Shown: piece by piece, positions 16,423 through 25,940 of the stretch
Numbering within the stretch: the first letter of the stretch is position 1
How the letters are laid out: the number at the start of each line of letters is the position of its first letter
DNA from: a phage
Strand: one strand, 5' to 3'
Assembly: GCA_024449565.1 (NCBI GenBank)
Contig: GCA_024449565.1_4810.1
Length of the DNA stretch: 64,000 bases
The notes under the pieces: generated by a model
Seen by the model: only the letters and a program-made list of their open reading frames with translations
The model's database searches: none
What the model was told of the DNA's origin: nothing
Made by a program: the position numbers and the translations under genes

Positions 16423-16718
16423 GATTCACTAGCCTTGAAGCTCCATCCTTCCAGACCGACTTCGCCGCAACAGCGCACCTTTGCCCATCCAGTCATGAGC
16501 CATTGGTGATACTTTTCGAAGTAGGTCGGCTTTTCTGAATAACAATGTATGAGGCCGTCATTGTCAATGGCCACGTAACGCGTCCAAGGCGCAACGGGTA
16601 CAACTACGTCGCCGTGGTCCTCTGGCCAAGGCTTGATGTGTACAGCTGTGTTCAAGTCTACGTTTAACACGCTTCCTAACCGCTCGTCTTGTTCCTGGTC
16701 GATGCCTAAGTAAATCAT
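16401..16718 (-). CDS. hypothetical protein (105 aa)
   Basis: Start moved to ATG at 16718 with AGGTGA RBS; the longer track ORF ends at 16778. Confidence 0.5.
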   Translation of the reverse strand: MIYLGIDQEQDERLGSVLNVDLNTAVHIKPWPEDHGDVVVPVAPWTRYVAIDNDGLIHCYSEKPTYFEKYHQWLMTGWAKVRCCGEVGLEGWSFKASESCVEVQL

Positions 16719-16769
16719 AATCACCTCACTTGTTCGTCTTGATGAAAAGAGTATAATTATTGATAAAAG

Positions 16770-16797
16770 AAAAGGCAAGCATTTAGCTCACCTTTTT
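16770..16797 (-). promoter_or_regulatory. 29-bp repeat element: terminator hairpin plus promoter (copy B)
   Basis: Same sequence as 15517-15545, followed on the minus strand by AATTATACT -10-like box. Confidence 0.45.
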
Positions 16798-16802
16798 GAT
16801 AT

Positions 16803-17135
16803 TCATTTTACATAGTGGAGTAGGTCAATCTCTATCTGTTCACGTGTCCTTGTTATCTTTGTATCACCCGTCCGGTGAGAGAATCGATAGATGGTCAACT
16901 CTCCGTCATTTCCTCTGTCAAACTTCATGCTGGCTAGTCTACAAGCATATATTGCATTAAGCCTTTCGCCATAAGACAGAAGATTGAAGGTCAATACTGT
17001 GTTGCCCATTCTTGCATTTTCTTTTATGCACTTCTTTAAGAAGTAATAAGAATCAGCAAATGCATTGGCCTTCTTCCACACTTCCTTTATCAATCCACGC
17101 TCATGCGCGGCGAGTATTTGATCACGGGTCATCAC
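16803..17135 (-). CDS. hypothetical protein (110 aa)
   Basis: ORF track; 4-bp overlap. Confidence 0.5.
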   Translation of the reverse strand: MMTRDQILAAHERGLIKEVWKKANAFADSYYFLKKCIKENARMGNTVLTFNLLSYGERLNAIYACRLASMKFDRGNDGELTIYRFSHRTGDTKITRTREQIEIDLLHYVK

Positions 17136-17368
17136 TGCACCTCTGTTATTCCGGTGATACGAACGATTACGGTGTCATCTAAATTGAACTGCTGCCGCGC
17201 GACGCGCTTGATGTCGTCCTTAAGGTCCGCAATCAACTCCCTTGTTAACACTGTACGCTCTGAAACGTCATATTGAACGTCAAAGGTATACTCGCCATAA
17301 AATACCGCGCCATTGGGAAGTTGCACGACATAGAATGCCATATACATGGCGTTAATATAATCTTCCAT
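17132..17368 (-). CDS. hypothetical protein (78 aa)
   Basis: Start moved to internal ATG (MEDYINAMYM...) overlapping upstream stop (TAATG). Confidence 0.5.
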   Translation of the reverse strand: MEDYINAMYMAFYVVQLPNGAVFYGEYTFDVQYDVSERTVLTRELIADLKDDIKRVARQQFNLDDTVIVRITGITEVQ

Positions 17369-17715
17369 TACACATTCTCCACGGGTCGACGGATGAGTTT
17401 GCGTAATCCTTCGGGCCAGACCTTCTTGATGACGGCTTTTGCTGGGCTGGATGAAAGCTTCTTCAGCTTCAATAGGACACACCCTTCATCATCGTTCGGT
17501 TGCACCTGGATAACGACTCGCGCTTGTCGGTCGATGACCATGACATCCCCAACGCGGATGTCTTTCACCAACACGCCCATCTCTTTCGTACCGGATATGC
17601 CAATCACGTGGTCGCAACGGACTCGCGACGGTATCAACGTACCGCCTTCAGCCATCTCACGCACGCGCTTCTTAATCTCTGCGCCATACAACGTTTCATC
17701 TTTAACATGAGCCAT
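17368..17715 (-). CDS. hypothetical protein (115 aa)
   Basis: ORF track. Confidence 0.5.
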   Translation of the reverse strand: MAHVKDETLYGAEIKKRVREMAEGGTLIPSRVRCDHVIGISGTKEMGVLVKDIRVGDVMVIDRQARVVIQVQPNDDEGCVLLKLKKLSSSPAKAVIKKVWPEGLRKLIRRPVENV

Positions 17716-18196
17716 GGTCGAGTACCTTATAAAGAGTGCAAGAAGGACTGCTGAATTCCCTTAATGCATAAGCCACGTTCAAGCTGCCAGGTTCTTTCTT
17801 TGCGTTTGTCACTTCCATGCATTGGCAGCCGTTTATGCTGTATCGTCTTACTACAACAGCATTGAAAATCTGACTGCCGTAATAGACGCAGACGATAACA
17901 TCACCGACTTCTATTTTATCAGCCGGAACAGGCTTAAGGCGCGGCTTTTTATCAACATAAGTCTTGATAGGAACTTGTACGCAACGAGATTGATGGTAAA
18001 TAGGTCTTGTTGCACCCTTGACGTTGCGCTTCAGCAATTCATCAATGGCATAGTCAACATCATCACTTTCAAACTCCTTCATGATGAAGTCTCTTACCCT
18101 TACACGAAGGTTAACATCTGCTTCTGCACGTCTCAATGCGTGTAAAATTTCTTCAGCTTCTTCTTTGTTCAACATTAAAGGGCGATGTATGATCAT
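17702..18196 (-). CDS. hypothetical protein (164 aa)
   Basis: ORF track. Confidence 0.5.
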   Translation of the reverse strand: MIIHRPLMLNKEEAEEILHALRRAEADVNLRVRVRDFIMKEFESDDVDYAIDELLKRNVKGATRPIYHQSRCVQVPIKTYVDKKPRLKPVPADKIEVGDVIVCVYYGSQIFNAVVVRRYSINGCQCMEVTNAKKEPGSLNVAYALREFSSPSCTLYKVLDHGSC

Positions 18197-18198
18197 AA

Positions 18199-18462
18199 TT
18201 AACCTCTGATTTGTGACACAAAACGTTTATAATGTTCTTTGGCCAGGACGCGTGCGCGCTCTTTCGTATGGCCGCTGGCTTCAAGTACGCGGCGAAGCTG
18301 CTTGATTGCGTCTGCCTTGCTGATTTTATTATTGCTAAATTGATATTTATTCATTTCTTCATCTTCTCTCAATTCTGATTCAAAATCCAAACAATCTTCT
18401 TCGCCACTTCTCGTTTCGAGAAATAATTTGCACTTGCCTTTTATCATAAGTTTGTTATTCAT
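18199..18462 (-). CDS. hypothetical protein (87 aa)
   Basis: ORF track; 4-bp overlap with upstream gene. Confidence 0.5.
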   Translation of the reverse strand: MNNKLMIKGKCKLFLETRSGEEDCLDFESELREDEEMNKYQFSNNKISKADAIKQLRRVLEASGHTKERARVLAKEHYKRFVSQIRG

Positions 18463-18680
18463 GCTTCACAAGCCGCCTTAATTTGACGTGGAGTAACGAT
18501 GACCACTTCACCAACCAGTGACTTGTCATCTTCTTTTACCGTATCGATTCGAACGCGATAGTGATTGCGACCGCGCGAATCAGTAAGGTGTTGATCCAGC
18601 TCAAGGATGGTTCCTGCACGCATGTGATGTCCTGATATCCAACGGATACGGTCGCCAGCCTTAAGGGTTTTCTTGCTCAT
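18459..18680 (-). CDS. hypothetical protein (73 aa)
   Basis: Start moved to internal ATG at 18680 (MSKKTLKAGD...); track ORF extends to 18845 with a junk-like N-terminus overlapping the upstream gene. Confidence 0.45.
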   Translation of the reverse strand: MSKKTLKAGDRIRWISGHHMRAGTILELDQHLTDSRGRNHYRVRIDTVKEDDKSLVGEVVIVTPRQIKAACEA

Positions 18681-18687
18681 CTTCAAC

Positions 18688-18966
18688 TCACTTATAATAT
18701 TTAAACATAGCCGCGCAAAAGTCTTGCATGGCATTCTTAATTTGCTTCTTAAACAACGGGTCATGCATCGTTTCAACATTCGTCTTAATCCGAACGTGAC
18801 CGATAACATCAAACGCAGTCGCTGGCATCGGCTCATAGATTTCATGATCGTTCAAGATTATATCTAGCTTTGACTCAGAAATCACGGGATAATTCTTGCC
18901 AGCAGTAAATTGGTCATCAATAGGTGATGTGCACTTGACAAAGAATACTTTGTATGTAGTAATCAT
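18688..18966 (-). CDS. hypothetical protein (92 aa)
   Basis: ORF track. Confidence 0.5.
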   Translation of the reverse strand: MITTYKVFFVKCTSPIDDQFTAGKNYPVISESKLDIILNDHEIYEPMPATAFDVIGHVRIKTNVETMHDPLFKKQIKNAMQDFCAAMFKYYK

Positions 18967-19172
18967 AGAGAATCCTTCGGGCCGCAGTAGCGCCCGTCCA
19001 GGTAGCGGTCATATTGGATTAAAGCGAATGTTTTCAGCGAAAGGTTACGGCGCTTAAACAGATGACCAGTTGCTGGATTCTGCTCGTGCGCCGTTGGATA
19101 AAGGCGTGACAGGTAGTGGATGAGGACTTGCAAAGCCCTACGTTGATTTGTTATTCTCCCCTGTGTATTCAT
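18963..19172 (-). CDS. hypothetical protein (69 aa)
   Basis: ORF track; 4-bp overlap. Confidence 0.45.
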   Translation of the reverse strand: MNTQGRITNQRRALQVLIHYLSRLYPTAHEQNPATGHLFKRRNLSLKTFALIQYDRYLDGRYCGPKDSL

Positions 19173-19362
19173 GGCTGAATCTACCCTCTGTCAATATCCG
19201 GTCATGGATGACTATACCAGTACAGCGCAGGCGGTTGGCATTGCTTCGCGCCTTTGCTGCTTGATGAGGATTGAACAAGCCAAACAAACTAGCCTTAAAA
19301 GCAAACTGGTAATATTTGATTAAGGTACTAAGTGCTAACTCAATCCTGTCTAAATTAATCAT
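19138..19362 (-). CDS. hypothetical protein (74 aa)
   Basis: ORF track; first gene of the minus-strand run. Confidence 0.45.
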   Translation of the reverse strand: MINLDRIELALSTLIKYYQFAFKASLFGLFNPHQAAKARSNANRLRCTGIVIHDRILTEGRFSHEYTGENNKST

Positions 19363-19401
19363 AATATCACCTCGTCAGAAAAGCAAATATTTTGATGATA
19401 A

Positions 19402-20049
19402 TTATCCTGTGGCCTGCATATTGCGTACATACTTCTGCTCTAATGAATAGATGAAGTCGGCGACAGTCAATCCCTTCGTGTGCCATTCATACATGGTGAA
19501 GCCTGTATTCAGGAAATAGCCGCGCACTTTATCCATTGCTTCAGCTTCCTCCATTGAAGCCATCAGCGCGGCGACGTTGTCATAAGAAGGCACAAATCCC
19601 TTCTTGCGTAGCGCATTGCGCAAATCTTTAGTTCTGAATCCAATCTTGCAAGGGTCATCACGACCAGTAGATGATGCAACCTTTGGTAGCGCAAGGAACT
19701 CTTTAAGGAACATTGCAATGTTCAAGTCGCCTGCGTCATCAAGCTTCTGGATTCGGTTGCGACCGCGACCCTTGAATTCACTTGCGCGAGGGTGAGTGCC
19801 AAAACAGTGCGCACCTTCCAGTTTAGGGTCGATGATCATTACATCTTTACCAATGCGCAGCTCTACGTAGTAAAGATAAGACTCATCGACAAGCTTTGTA
19901 CGCTTGCAAGTGATTGAGTCCTTATCATAACCAAAGCCACGCAACACGGTTGAAATCATCCGGTTCATTTCTTCGCCGTGAACATCACTTTCTTTGTTCA
20001 GTTCACCAAGATGTTGAAAGAATTTAGCGATGTTGATTGCTTTATTCAT
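19402..20049 (-). CDS. hypothetical protein (215 aa)
   Basis: ORF track; stop overlaps helicase gene start by 1 nt. Confidence 0.55.
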   Translation of the reverse strand: MNKAINIAKFFQHLGELNKESDVHGEEMNRMISTVLRGFGYDKDSITCKRTKLVDESYLYYVELRIGKDVMIIDPKLEGAHCFGTHPRASEFKGRGRNRIQKLDDAGDLNIAMFLKEFLALPKVASSTGRDDPCKIGFRTKDLRNALRKKGFVPSYDNVAALMASMEEAEAMDKVRGYFLNTGFTMYEWHTKGLTVADFIYSLEQKYVRNMQATG

Positions 20050-21719
20050 CAGAATTCATCCTTATCTCTTCCCAAAGAACGTTTACGTTCAATAACCTTC
20101 TTCAAGAACTCAATATCTTCAGGGTCAGACTCATCGCGGATAAGATACGCTAAGATGGTCATCAAGTCAGAAATGTATTCCCCTGCTTCATTCTTAATCA
20201 GCGGCGTAAAGTAACCGCGCTGGTTGCGATAGGTCGCAGGTTCAAAGCCAAGCTTTGACATGTGCGGCGCAAGGGTACGAGAGAAAGGCGACTTGCCGCA
20301 CTTCGCTCTGAATCCCATAGCGATAGCACCACTGGTAATGTGCCAGCGTCCGCTGTGATGTCGGTCATAAGGCGCGGTGATGACGACTTCAACAAGGTCG
20401 TTGTCAACCATCTCATCACGGATAACGCCTCGCGCACGTTCCATTTCATTCTTGCTGAACTCAGTAAGCATGCGAGATGTTTCACCAACAAACGCGTTAT
20501 AGCCTGCTTCGCCGTGCTTCTCCATCCACGCAGCACACTCAGCCATCAACTGCCAAACGTCTTCTTTCAAAGTAGAAAGGTCAGCTTGGAAGTCTTTCGA
20601 CCAGTTCGGTTGCCCGTCCTTATCAGCGAGTTGGCCAACAAAGATAGGATACACACGACGGTTGCCTGTGTCATCACGTTGCATGCCTGCGTATTCGTTG
20701 CCGTCCATGATAGCAATCCACTGGCGTGGTTTCACCTGCGTATCTTCAAATTTGAAGTCCAGGTCGTCTTCCGTCTTAGTCAGGAATGCTTTCATGTTTT
20801 CGATGTCGGCCTTTTTAAAGCCTGTCATCTCGCCGACGTTCGCGATAATTGAGCGACCCGTAATAGCTCGCAAGAACGGGTTGAAGTTCTGCGCGGCTAA
20901 GTTCAACGGAATCGGTGTTGCGTGGCGGTCGTTCATAATAGCTTCGCAAAGCAGCTTGCTAAAATAACTCTTGCCTGCGTTCTGGCCGCCGATGAGCGCG
21001 ATGGAGATTGGCGCTTGACAGCCAGGGTTGGTCAGGCGGTTGTAGAGCGATAGCCAAAAATACACACCGATTTGTCGGTTTAACTCTGTATCGAACGGTC
21101 GGAATAGCTCGATAAGGTATTTCTCGATGCGCGCAGTACCGTCCCATTCAGGCAGCTTCTTGTAGAAGAAGTCCATCAGGTCGTCACGCTGATAACGCAT
21201 GGCCCATTCCTTATAGGATTGAGCGACCTGACGTGAGTTTGGGTTGGACAGTCCTGCTGCGTCGACAGCGGCAACTATCTCTGTGACTTCTAAGGTACGG
21301 TCAGTGAATGTTTCGCCGCGATGGTCGACTAAGCGCCCACGAAAAGTATCTTTGTGAGGGAATGGAACAACGCCACTTCCCTTATCAAACAACGCGTCGA
21401 AAACCGCATAACGGTTCATGTCACTTGTCCGGTCTGCCTGTAGAACGAAGTCATCTTTGGTCGGCTTGTAGTGAGGGAACTTGATTACCTGAAGTGAGGC
21501 GAGCAAGCGTGCTCTTTCAACCAAGTCTTCTTCACCGTAGCATTCCATGCGCTCTGAATCTTTTTCAACGGCTTTATGTTGAAGGCTGATTTTAGCTCTG
21601 GTGCCTTGCTGCTCTGCTGCCTGCATTTCTTCCGAAACGCCTGCATCTTGAATTTCGTCAAAGATTGCACCAAATTCATCACCTGTATCCTCTGGAAGAT
21701 TGTCATTATTAATTGACAT
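20049..21719 (-). CDS. P-loop NTPase, putative primase-associated replicative helicase (VirE/D5-like)
   Basis: 556 aa; Walker A IALIGGQNAGKS; Walker B-like hhhhDG region; size and context of phage primase/helicase proteins. Confidence 0.6.
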   Translation of the reverse strand: MSINNDNLPEDTGDEFGAIFDEIQDAGVSEEMQAAEQQGTRAKISLQHKAVEKDSERMECYGEEDLVERARLLASLQVIKFPHYKPTKDDFVLQADRTSDMNRYAVFDALFDKGSGVVPFPHKDTFRGRLVDHRGETFTDRTLEVTEIVAAVDAAGLSNPNSRQVAQSYKEWAMRYQRDDLMDFFYKKLPEWDGTARIEKYLIELFRPFDTELNRQIGVYFWLSLYNRLTNPGCQAPISIALIGGQNAGKSYFSKLLCEAIMNDRHATPIPLNLAAQNFNPFLRAITGRSIIANVGEMTGFKKADIENMKAFLTKTEDDLDFKFEDTQVKPRQWIAIMDGNEYAGMQRDDTGNRRVYPIFVGQLADKDGQPNWSKDFQADLSTLKEDVWQLMAECAAWMEKHGEAGYNAFVGETSRMLTEFSKNEMERARGVIRDEMVDNDLVEVVITAPYDRHHSGRWHITSGAIAMGFRAKCGKSPFSRTLAPHMSKLGFEPATYRNQRGYFTPLIKNEAGEYISDLMTILAYLIRDESDPEDIEFLKKVIERKRSLGRDKDEF

Positions 21720-21794
21720 TTAATCCTCCTGATACGGCTTTGTTATATTGTTGCATGGATATATCCTTTCAGGGTGCGGTAAATAAACGCCAGA

Positions 21795-21814
21795 AATCTG
21801 GCGTTGTATATTAA
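21795..21814 (-). terminator. hairpin (aacgccag/ctggcgtt) between minus-strand genes
   Basis: 8-bp perfect stem with 4-nt loop; weak T-run on the minus strand. Confidence 0.3.
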
Positions 21815-21855
21815 TATAGTAAAACTCAATTTAAAGCAATATAACTGGTGAACTA

Positions 21856-22146
21856 TCAGCAAGGAAATTGGTCAGCGTATGCCTTTCTCAATTTGTTTAC
21901 TGATTGAACAGCATGAAGGTATTGGCAATCGGTGAAGATGCGGCGCAAATGATCCATAGAAGACAGGTCATCGTTAGTAACCACCAGAATCTCTTCCGAA
22001 GGGCAGCCAGCTTCTTTGACAATCTCATTAAGATTTTCGCCACTAATTTCTTCAACACGTTTCACCTCATCGATACCGTAAACATCAACGGCAACTTCGA
22101 TGTCGTCATCGCTGATATTTTCACCATAAAGAATTACAATATTCAT
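21856..22146 (-). CDS. hypothetical acidic protein (96 aa)
   Basis: ORF track. Confidence 0.5.
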   Translation of the reverse strand: MNIVILYGENISDDDIEVAVDVYGIDEVKRVEEISGENLNEIVKEAGCPSEEILVVTNDDLSSMDHLRRIFTDCQYLHAVQSVNKLRKAYADQFPC

Positions 22147-22247
22147 TTACTCACCCCTGCCAAATAATATGCCATATCCAATACATATAATAGCCCCAGG
22201 ATGATAACAAGGGAAATGATTAATGTGTATTTCTTTACGGCTTTCAT
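22143..22247 (-). CDS. possible small membrane peptide (34 aa)
   Basis: ATG to TGA overlapping downstream start (ATGA); encodes MKAVKKYTLIISLVIILGLLYVLDMAYYLAGVSK. Below track size cutoff. Confidence 0.3.
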   Translation of the reverse strand: MKAVKKYTLIISLVIILGLLYVLDMAYYLAGVSK

Positions 22248-22265
22248 AAGTATCTATACCTAAAT

Positions 22266-22529
22266 TTACTGTTGAGGATCACCAATGGAGTCTGTCGCAT
22301 CCCATTCAACGCGTGCTGTGCGTTCTGCTGGTGGGCAACCTTCGCCAGCTTGAAGCTCAACAACACCTTCATGAGAGCAGCACTGGCACTCTACAAGGTC
22401 GCCATCTTCCCAGGCACCTTCCTCCGCGTTGCGATGCTGCCGCACCTTGATAACATCGCTTGCACAGTTAGGACAAGTCGAGAGATTGCTGGTAACGTTC
22501 CAGGTGAACTCGTTACGGAAAGCACCCAT
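22266..22529 (-). CDS. zinc-ribbon protein (87 aa)
   Basis: Start moved to internal ATG (MGAFRNEF...); CPNC and CQCC pairs. Confidence 0.45.
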   Translation of the reverse strand: MGAFRNEFTWNVTSNLSTCPNCASDVIKVRQHRNAEEGAWEDGDLVECQCCSHEGVVELQAGEGCPPAERTARVEWDATDSIGDPQQ

Positions 22530-22530
22530 G

Positions 22531-22821
22531 CTACACCTCTTGATCTCTTTGCTGTTGAATCGCGGCTGAAGCTTCGTCAAAATTGACTGGCTCAACGGTG
22601 AACGTTGCACTGACCGTAAGGTTTTTAATAGTCAGCAGCGTATTGAATCGTTCGGCCTGAAGATTCATAGCGACATGCGTGGATACGTTAAGGATTGCCC
22701 CAACAACTTCCTCCACTGCGTAGCCTGCAAACAAAGGAAGAATCTGGTTGACAAGCTTAAGCTCGTTTTCAACACGAAGATTTTGTGCTTCTTCAACGGT
22801 CATCATTTTTGGTTCGTTCAT
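22531..22821 (-). CDS. hypothetical protein (96 aa)
   Basis: ORF track. Confidence 0.5.
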   Translation of the reverse strand: MNEPKMMTVEEAQNLRVENELKLVNQILPLFAGYAVEEVVGAILNVSTHVAMNLQAERFNTLLTIKNLTVSATFTVEPVNFDEASAAIQQQRDQEV

Positions 22822-22823
22822 TT

Positions 22824-22970
22824 TTATTCCTTAACAAATTCAGAGTAGTGTTGGGCCGCAGCCGCTTGATGGTGAGCCATGACTCCTTGAAGGGTCGGAA
22901 GCTCTGCTGGTTTAGGTTCTAACGACTTTAACAGACATTCAACCTCGATGTTCAATTCTTCGCTTTGCAT
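22824..22970 (-). CDS. possible small protein (48 aa)
   Basis: GAGGTG RBS before ATG; encodes MQSEELNIEVECLLKSLEPKPAELPTLQGVMAHHQAAAAQHYSEFVKE. Below track size cutoff; coordinates approximate. Confidence 0.3.
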   Translation of the reverse strand: MQSEELNIEVECLLKSLEPKPAELPTLQGVMAHHQAAAAQHYSEFVKE

Positions 22971-23028
22971 GAATCACCTCTGCTTCAGTTCATAAAATGA
23001 TTATAGTTGCTATGAAAATAAAAGCAAA

Positions 23029-24111
23029 CTATTTTATGCCACCTGCACGACGATTTATCATGTCAAGTTGATTCTCAATATAAGGCATGACGATTGCTTC
23101 AACAAAAGCAGTCCAACCTTTCTTGCCTTCCCCTTTCCGGTGACAGTCGTGGGCGCAACCGAACACAAACTCATGTTCTGCACCAGGAATAGGGCCGCGA
23201 AAGTAAGCGCCATACGGGTCGCCGTTGGTGTGTTCTTCACCCCAAGGACAGATTATGCGGCACTTGCCTGACATGTTCTCGATGACGTCGCCATCAGACC
23301 CTTCACCCATTTTGTTGCGCGATAGAATCTGCTGGGCTATTTTATACCAAACAGCATCATACTTGTATTCATCGACGTCAATTTGAATCTCACGCTTTTG
23401 CGGCATGACGACGTGAAAGCCAAATGCCTGACAAATGTCTTCGATGGTGTAGCGCAATGAGTAGTCTGCATGGACAAGTCGGCAGCGGAACGGGTCGCCG
23501 TTCTCATCGACATATTTATAGGGGCCGTCGTGAGTCACACGCTTGTTGTTGATGCACCCAGGAACACGGCCCACGCGCGTTACGTCTTTAATCGTGTTGT
23601 CGCCGCCCTTCTTGAGTACCATGTTAACGAAAGACCCAAGGAACGCTTTGAACTGAATAAGATGGTCAATCGGTTCTTTAAAGAAGTACCAAAGCTGGTG
23701 GTTGTTCGGTGAAGTCTCGACGATGACAGTCGGCTTCAGTCGCTCAAAAAAGAATTCCAAATCTAAATCGCCTTTGGACCCTTTACCGTGACCGATGTCG
23801 TCGACCATCATCGCCATGCCATGGCCAAAGGCCGACTCTGTACGCCAGTATCGCATCTCACCCGTCTTTGGGTTGGGAGACTTACGCATTGAACTTATGC
23901 AGGCGTAACCGTTCTGATGTTGCATCAGCGGCTTTCCCAACTTCCAAGGCTTAGGCCAGAAGCTACTGTTAATCTTCTTGCCGCGCTCGTCAGTCTGCAC
24001 CGTTGCTTCAGGCGCAAACACCGTCATGACGCGCTCATCTTCTGGAATGCCTCTTTGGAGTTCTGTTAAAAACTCTTCGATTATTTTTGCTTCTTCTCTT
24101 AAACTAGCCAT
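23029..24111 (-). CDS. putative DNA primase / primase-polymerase-like protein
   Basis: 360 aa; acidic hhhVDDIGHG motif; Cys/His cluster CPWGEEHTx(n)FGCAHDCH; adjacent to P-loop helicase. Assignment by motif and context only. Confidence 0.4.
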   Translation of the reverse strand: MASLREEAKIIEEFLTELQRGIPEDERVMTVFAPEATVQTDERGKKINSSFWPKPWKLGKPLMQHQNGYACISSMRKSPNPKTGEMRYWRTESAFGHGMAMMVDDIGHGKGSKGDLDLEFFFERLKPTVIVETSPNNHQLWYFFKEPIDHLIQFKAFLGSFVNMVLKKGGDNTIKDVTRVGRVPGCINNKRVTHDGPYKYVDENGDPFRCRLVHADYSLRYTIEDICQAFGFHVVMPQKREIQIDVDEYKYDAVWYKIAQQILSRNKMGEGSDGDVIENMSGKCRIICPWGEEHTNGDPYGAYFRGPIPGAEHEFVFGCAHDCHRKGEGKKGWTAFVEAIVMPYIENQLDMINRRAGGIK

Positions 24112-24271
24112 CTTTCTTTCCTTCGGTGATCAATACCTGCAGTATAATATTGAGTGATACAAAGTCAACAATATTTACCATTTAGTTCACAATTTCGATT
24201 TACTTTGCTTTATACTATATCTGCAATTATACTATCAGAAAATATTTCCGCACTAACAAAGGTCGCCTGAA
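24112..24271. promoter_or_regulatory. divergent promoter region between primase-like gene and plus-strand replication block
   Basis: AT-rich 160 bp with several TATAAT/TATACT-like boxes on both strands. Confidence 0.4.
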
Positions 24272-24598
24272 ATGAACGAAAAAGAGACGAAGCAACGCGA
24301 ACGTGCAACACACGTCGGAATCGTTGAGTCCTTCCTTAATACAAGATTGAATTCAAGCCTAACAATCATGCGATTCCTGGGTCAACCAGACAGAATCAAA
24401 TTTATTTTTGCCGCAAATCCGGTATCGCTGTACATCCCTGTTGAATCCATGGCGTACTTAGTGCGCGACGAGAAAGGATGGAAGATACCAAACACAACTG
24501 TTTTCTTCAGTCATGTTGATGGTGAGATGTTTGAACGAAAAGAAGATTGCCATTTTATTCCAGTATATCTGGACCTTGACAGCGTAGTGGAGTTATAA
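24272..24598 (+). CDS. hypothetical protein (108 aa)
   Basis: ORF track; stop overlaps helicase start. Confidence 0.5.
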   Translation: MNEKETKQRERATHVGIVESFLNTRLNSSLTIMRFLGQPDRIKFIFAANPVSLYIPVESMAYLVRDEKGWKIPNTTVFFSHVDGEMFERKEDCHFIPVYLDLDSVVEL

Positions 24599-25782
24599 TG
24601 AACATTCCAGAATTTAATGATGAGCCAGTGATTCAGTTTAACGCGCAACAAATCGATGCCATCGAGAAGGCCGTTGCATGGTACAAGCGGTTGCAGGACG
24701 GTAAAACGACGAAGCGTGTGTTTTTCATTGCTGGCTATGCAGGGACTGGTAAAACCTCTATTGCTCGCGAGATTGTGCGTCGCTGTGTCGGTGAGTACGG
24801 CGCTATCTATATTGCGCCGACCGGAAAGGCTGCAAGCCGATTAAAGCAAAAAGGCTGTCGTGGCGCTAAGACCCTTCACCAGTTCATCTATAACGTGCGC
24901 GGCGTAAATGACGACAATGAGCCAATCTTTTCGAGAAAGTCAAAGCTGGATGAAAGGCCGCACCTTGTTGTACTCGATGAAGCGTCGATGGTTGGCGAGT
25001 GGGACACAGAGCGCCTTCTTGATCACCGCATCCCTGTCCTGGCATTAGGCGACATTGGACAAGTCCCTCCGGTAAAAGCCGCTGCCTACTTTACTGAAGA
25101 TGCCGTTGACGTGCTGTTAACAGAAATCATGCGGCAAGGGAAAGAGTCCAATATAATCCGCGCCTCCTTCTTCGTGCGCCAAGGCAACCGCCTTCCTCCG
25201 CGTGAATACGATGACGTCAAAGTATTGGCAGAATCGCCGCGCGTTACTGCATTGAAGAAATTCATGGGCGAAGATGATCAAATTATTTGCTCCTATAATA
25301 GCACCAAAGATAAATGGAATTCGTTATTACGGCAAGTGAGCGGACGTATAACGCCAATGCCAGGAATCGGCGAGAAGGTTATTTGCACCTTCAACCAACA
25401 CGGTCCAGGATTCTGTAATGGCGAGCAGGGGATTGTTATTAGCTATGAGCCAGTGCCGGACTTTGAAAGGGATGAAGACGAGTCGAATGAAATGATGTAT
25501 GTCAACTTGCGCTCATTGACTGATGGTAAAGATATAAAGGTAAAGATTAATCCTCTTTCCTTCTCTACTGATCAGGAAGTGCGCAAAGAAGCGCAACGTG
25601 CTGTTGGAGGCATGGACTATGGATATGTCATCACGGTGCACAAATCGCAAGGCAGCGAGTGGGACAATGTGTGCGTGCTGGAAGAAATCTTGCGCGGCGT
25701 TCCGTACTCCAAGATGATGTACACCGCAATCACCCGTGCCAAGAAGAATCTGACCGTGTACCGTGATTTGAAAGCGCGTTAA
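24598..25782 (+). CDS. SF1 DNA helicase, Dda/RecD-like
   Basis: 394 aa; Walker A GYAGTGKTS, DEAS box VVLDEASM, C-terminal VHKSQGSEWDNV and TAITRAK motifs. Confidence 0.8.
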   Translation: MNIPEFNDEPVIQFNAQQIDAIEKAVAWYKRLQDGKTTKRVFFIAGYAGTGKTSIAREIVRRCVGEYGAIYIAPTGKAASRLKQKGCRGAKTLHQFIYNVRGVNDDNEPIFSRKSKLDERPHLVVLDEASMVGEWDTERLLDHRIPVLALGDIGQVPPVKAAAYFTEDAVDVLLTEIMRQGKESNIIRASFFVRQGNRLPPREYDDVKVLAESPRVTALKKFMGEDDQIICSYNSTKDKWNSLLRQVSGRITPMPGIGEKVICTFNQHGPGFCNGEQGIVISYEPVPDFERDEDESNEMMYVNLRSLTDGKDIKVKINPLSFSTDQEVRKEAQRAVGGMDYGYVITVHKSQGSEWDNVCVLEEILRGVPYSKMMYTAITRAKKNLTVYRDLKAR

Positions 25783-25940
25783 TGTTGACGTAAATTTACG
25801 AAAAATAAAACTGAAAATCAGTTTAATTAAAGTGGCATTGCCGCCATAGTTTTTAGTTGCTACTGGCGGCGACTGAAGGCATAATTAAGTTATCCCAAAC
25901 GGGGAATATAAAATAAACTAATTTATTTAAGGACTGTCAA

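Noticed and set aside
2767-18845. N-terminal extensions of track ORFs (2514, 2767, 5860, 6593, 8550, 10693, 16778, 17482, 18845, 22610, 44709, 58617)
   Set aside because: The extended N-termini are compositionally odd and overlap upstream genes; internal starts with RBS-like purine tracts that abut the upstream stop were preferred. Start sites remain unverified.
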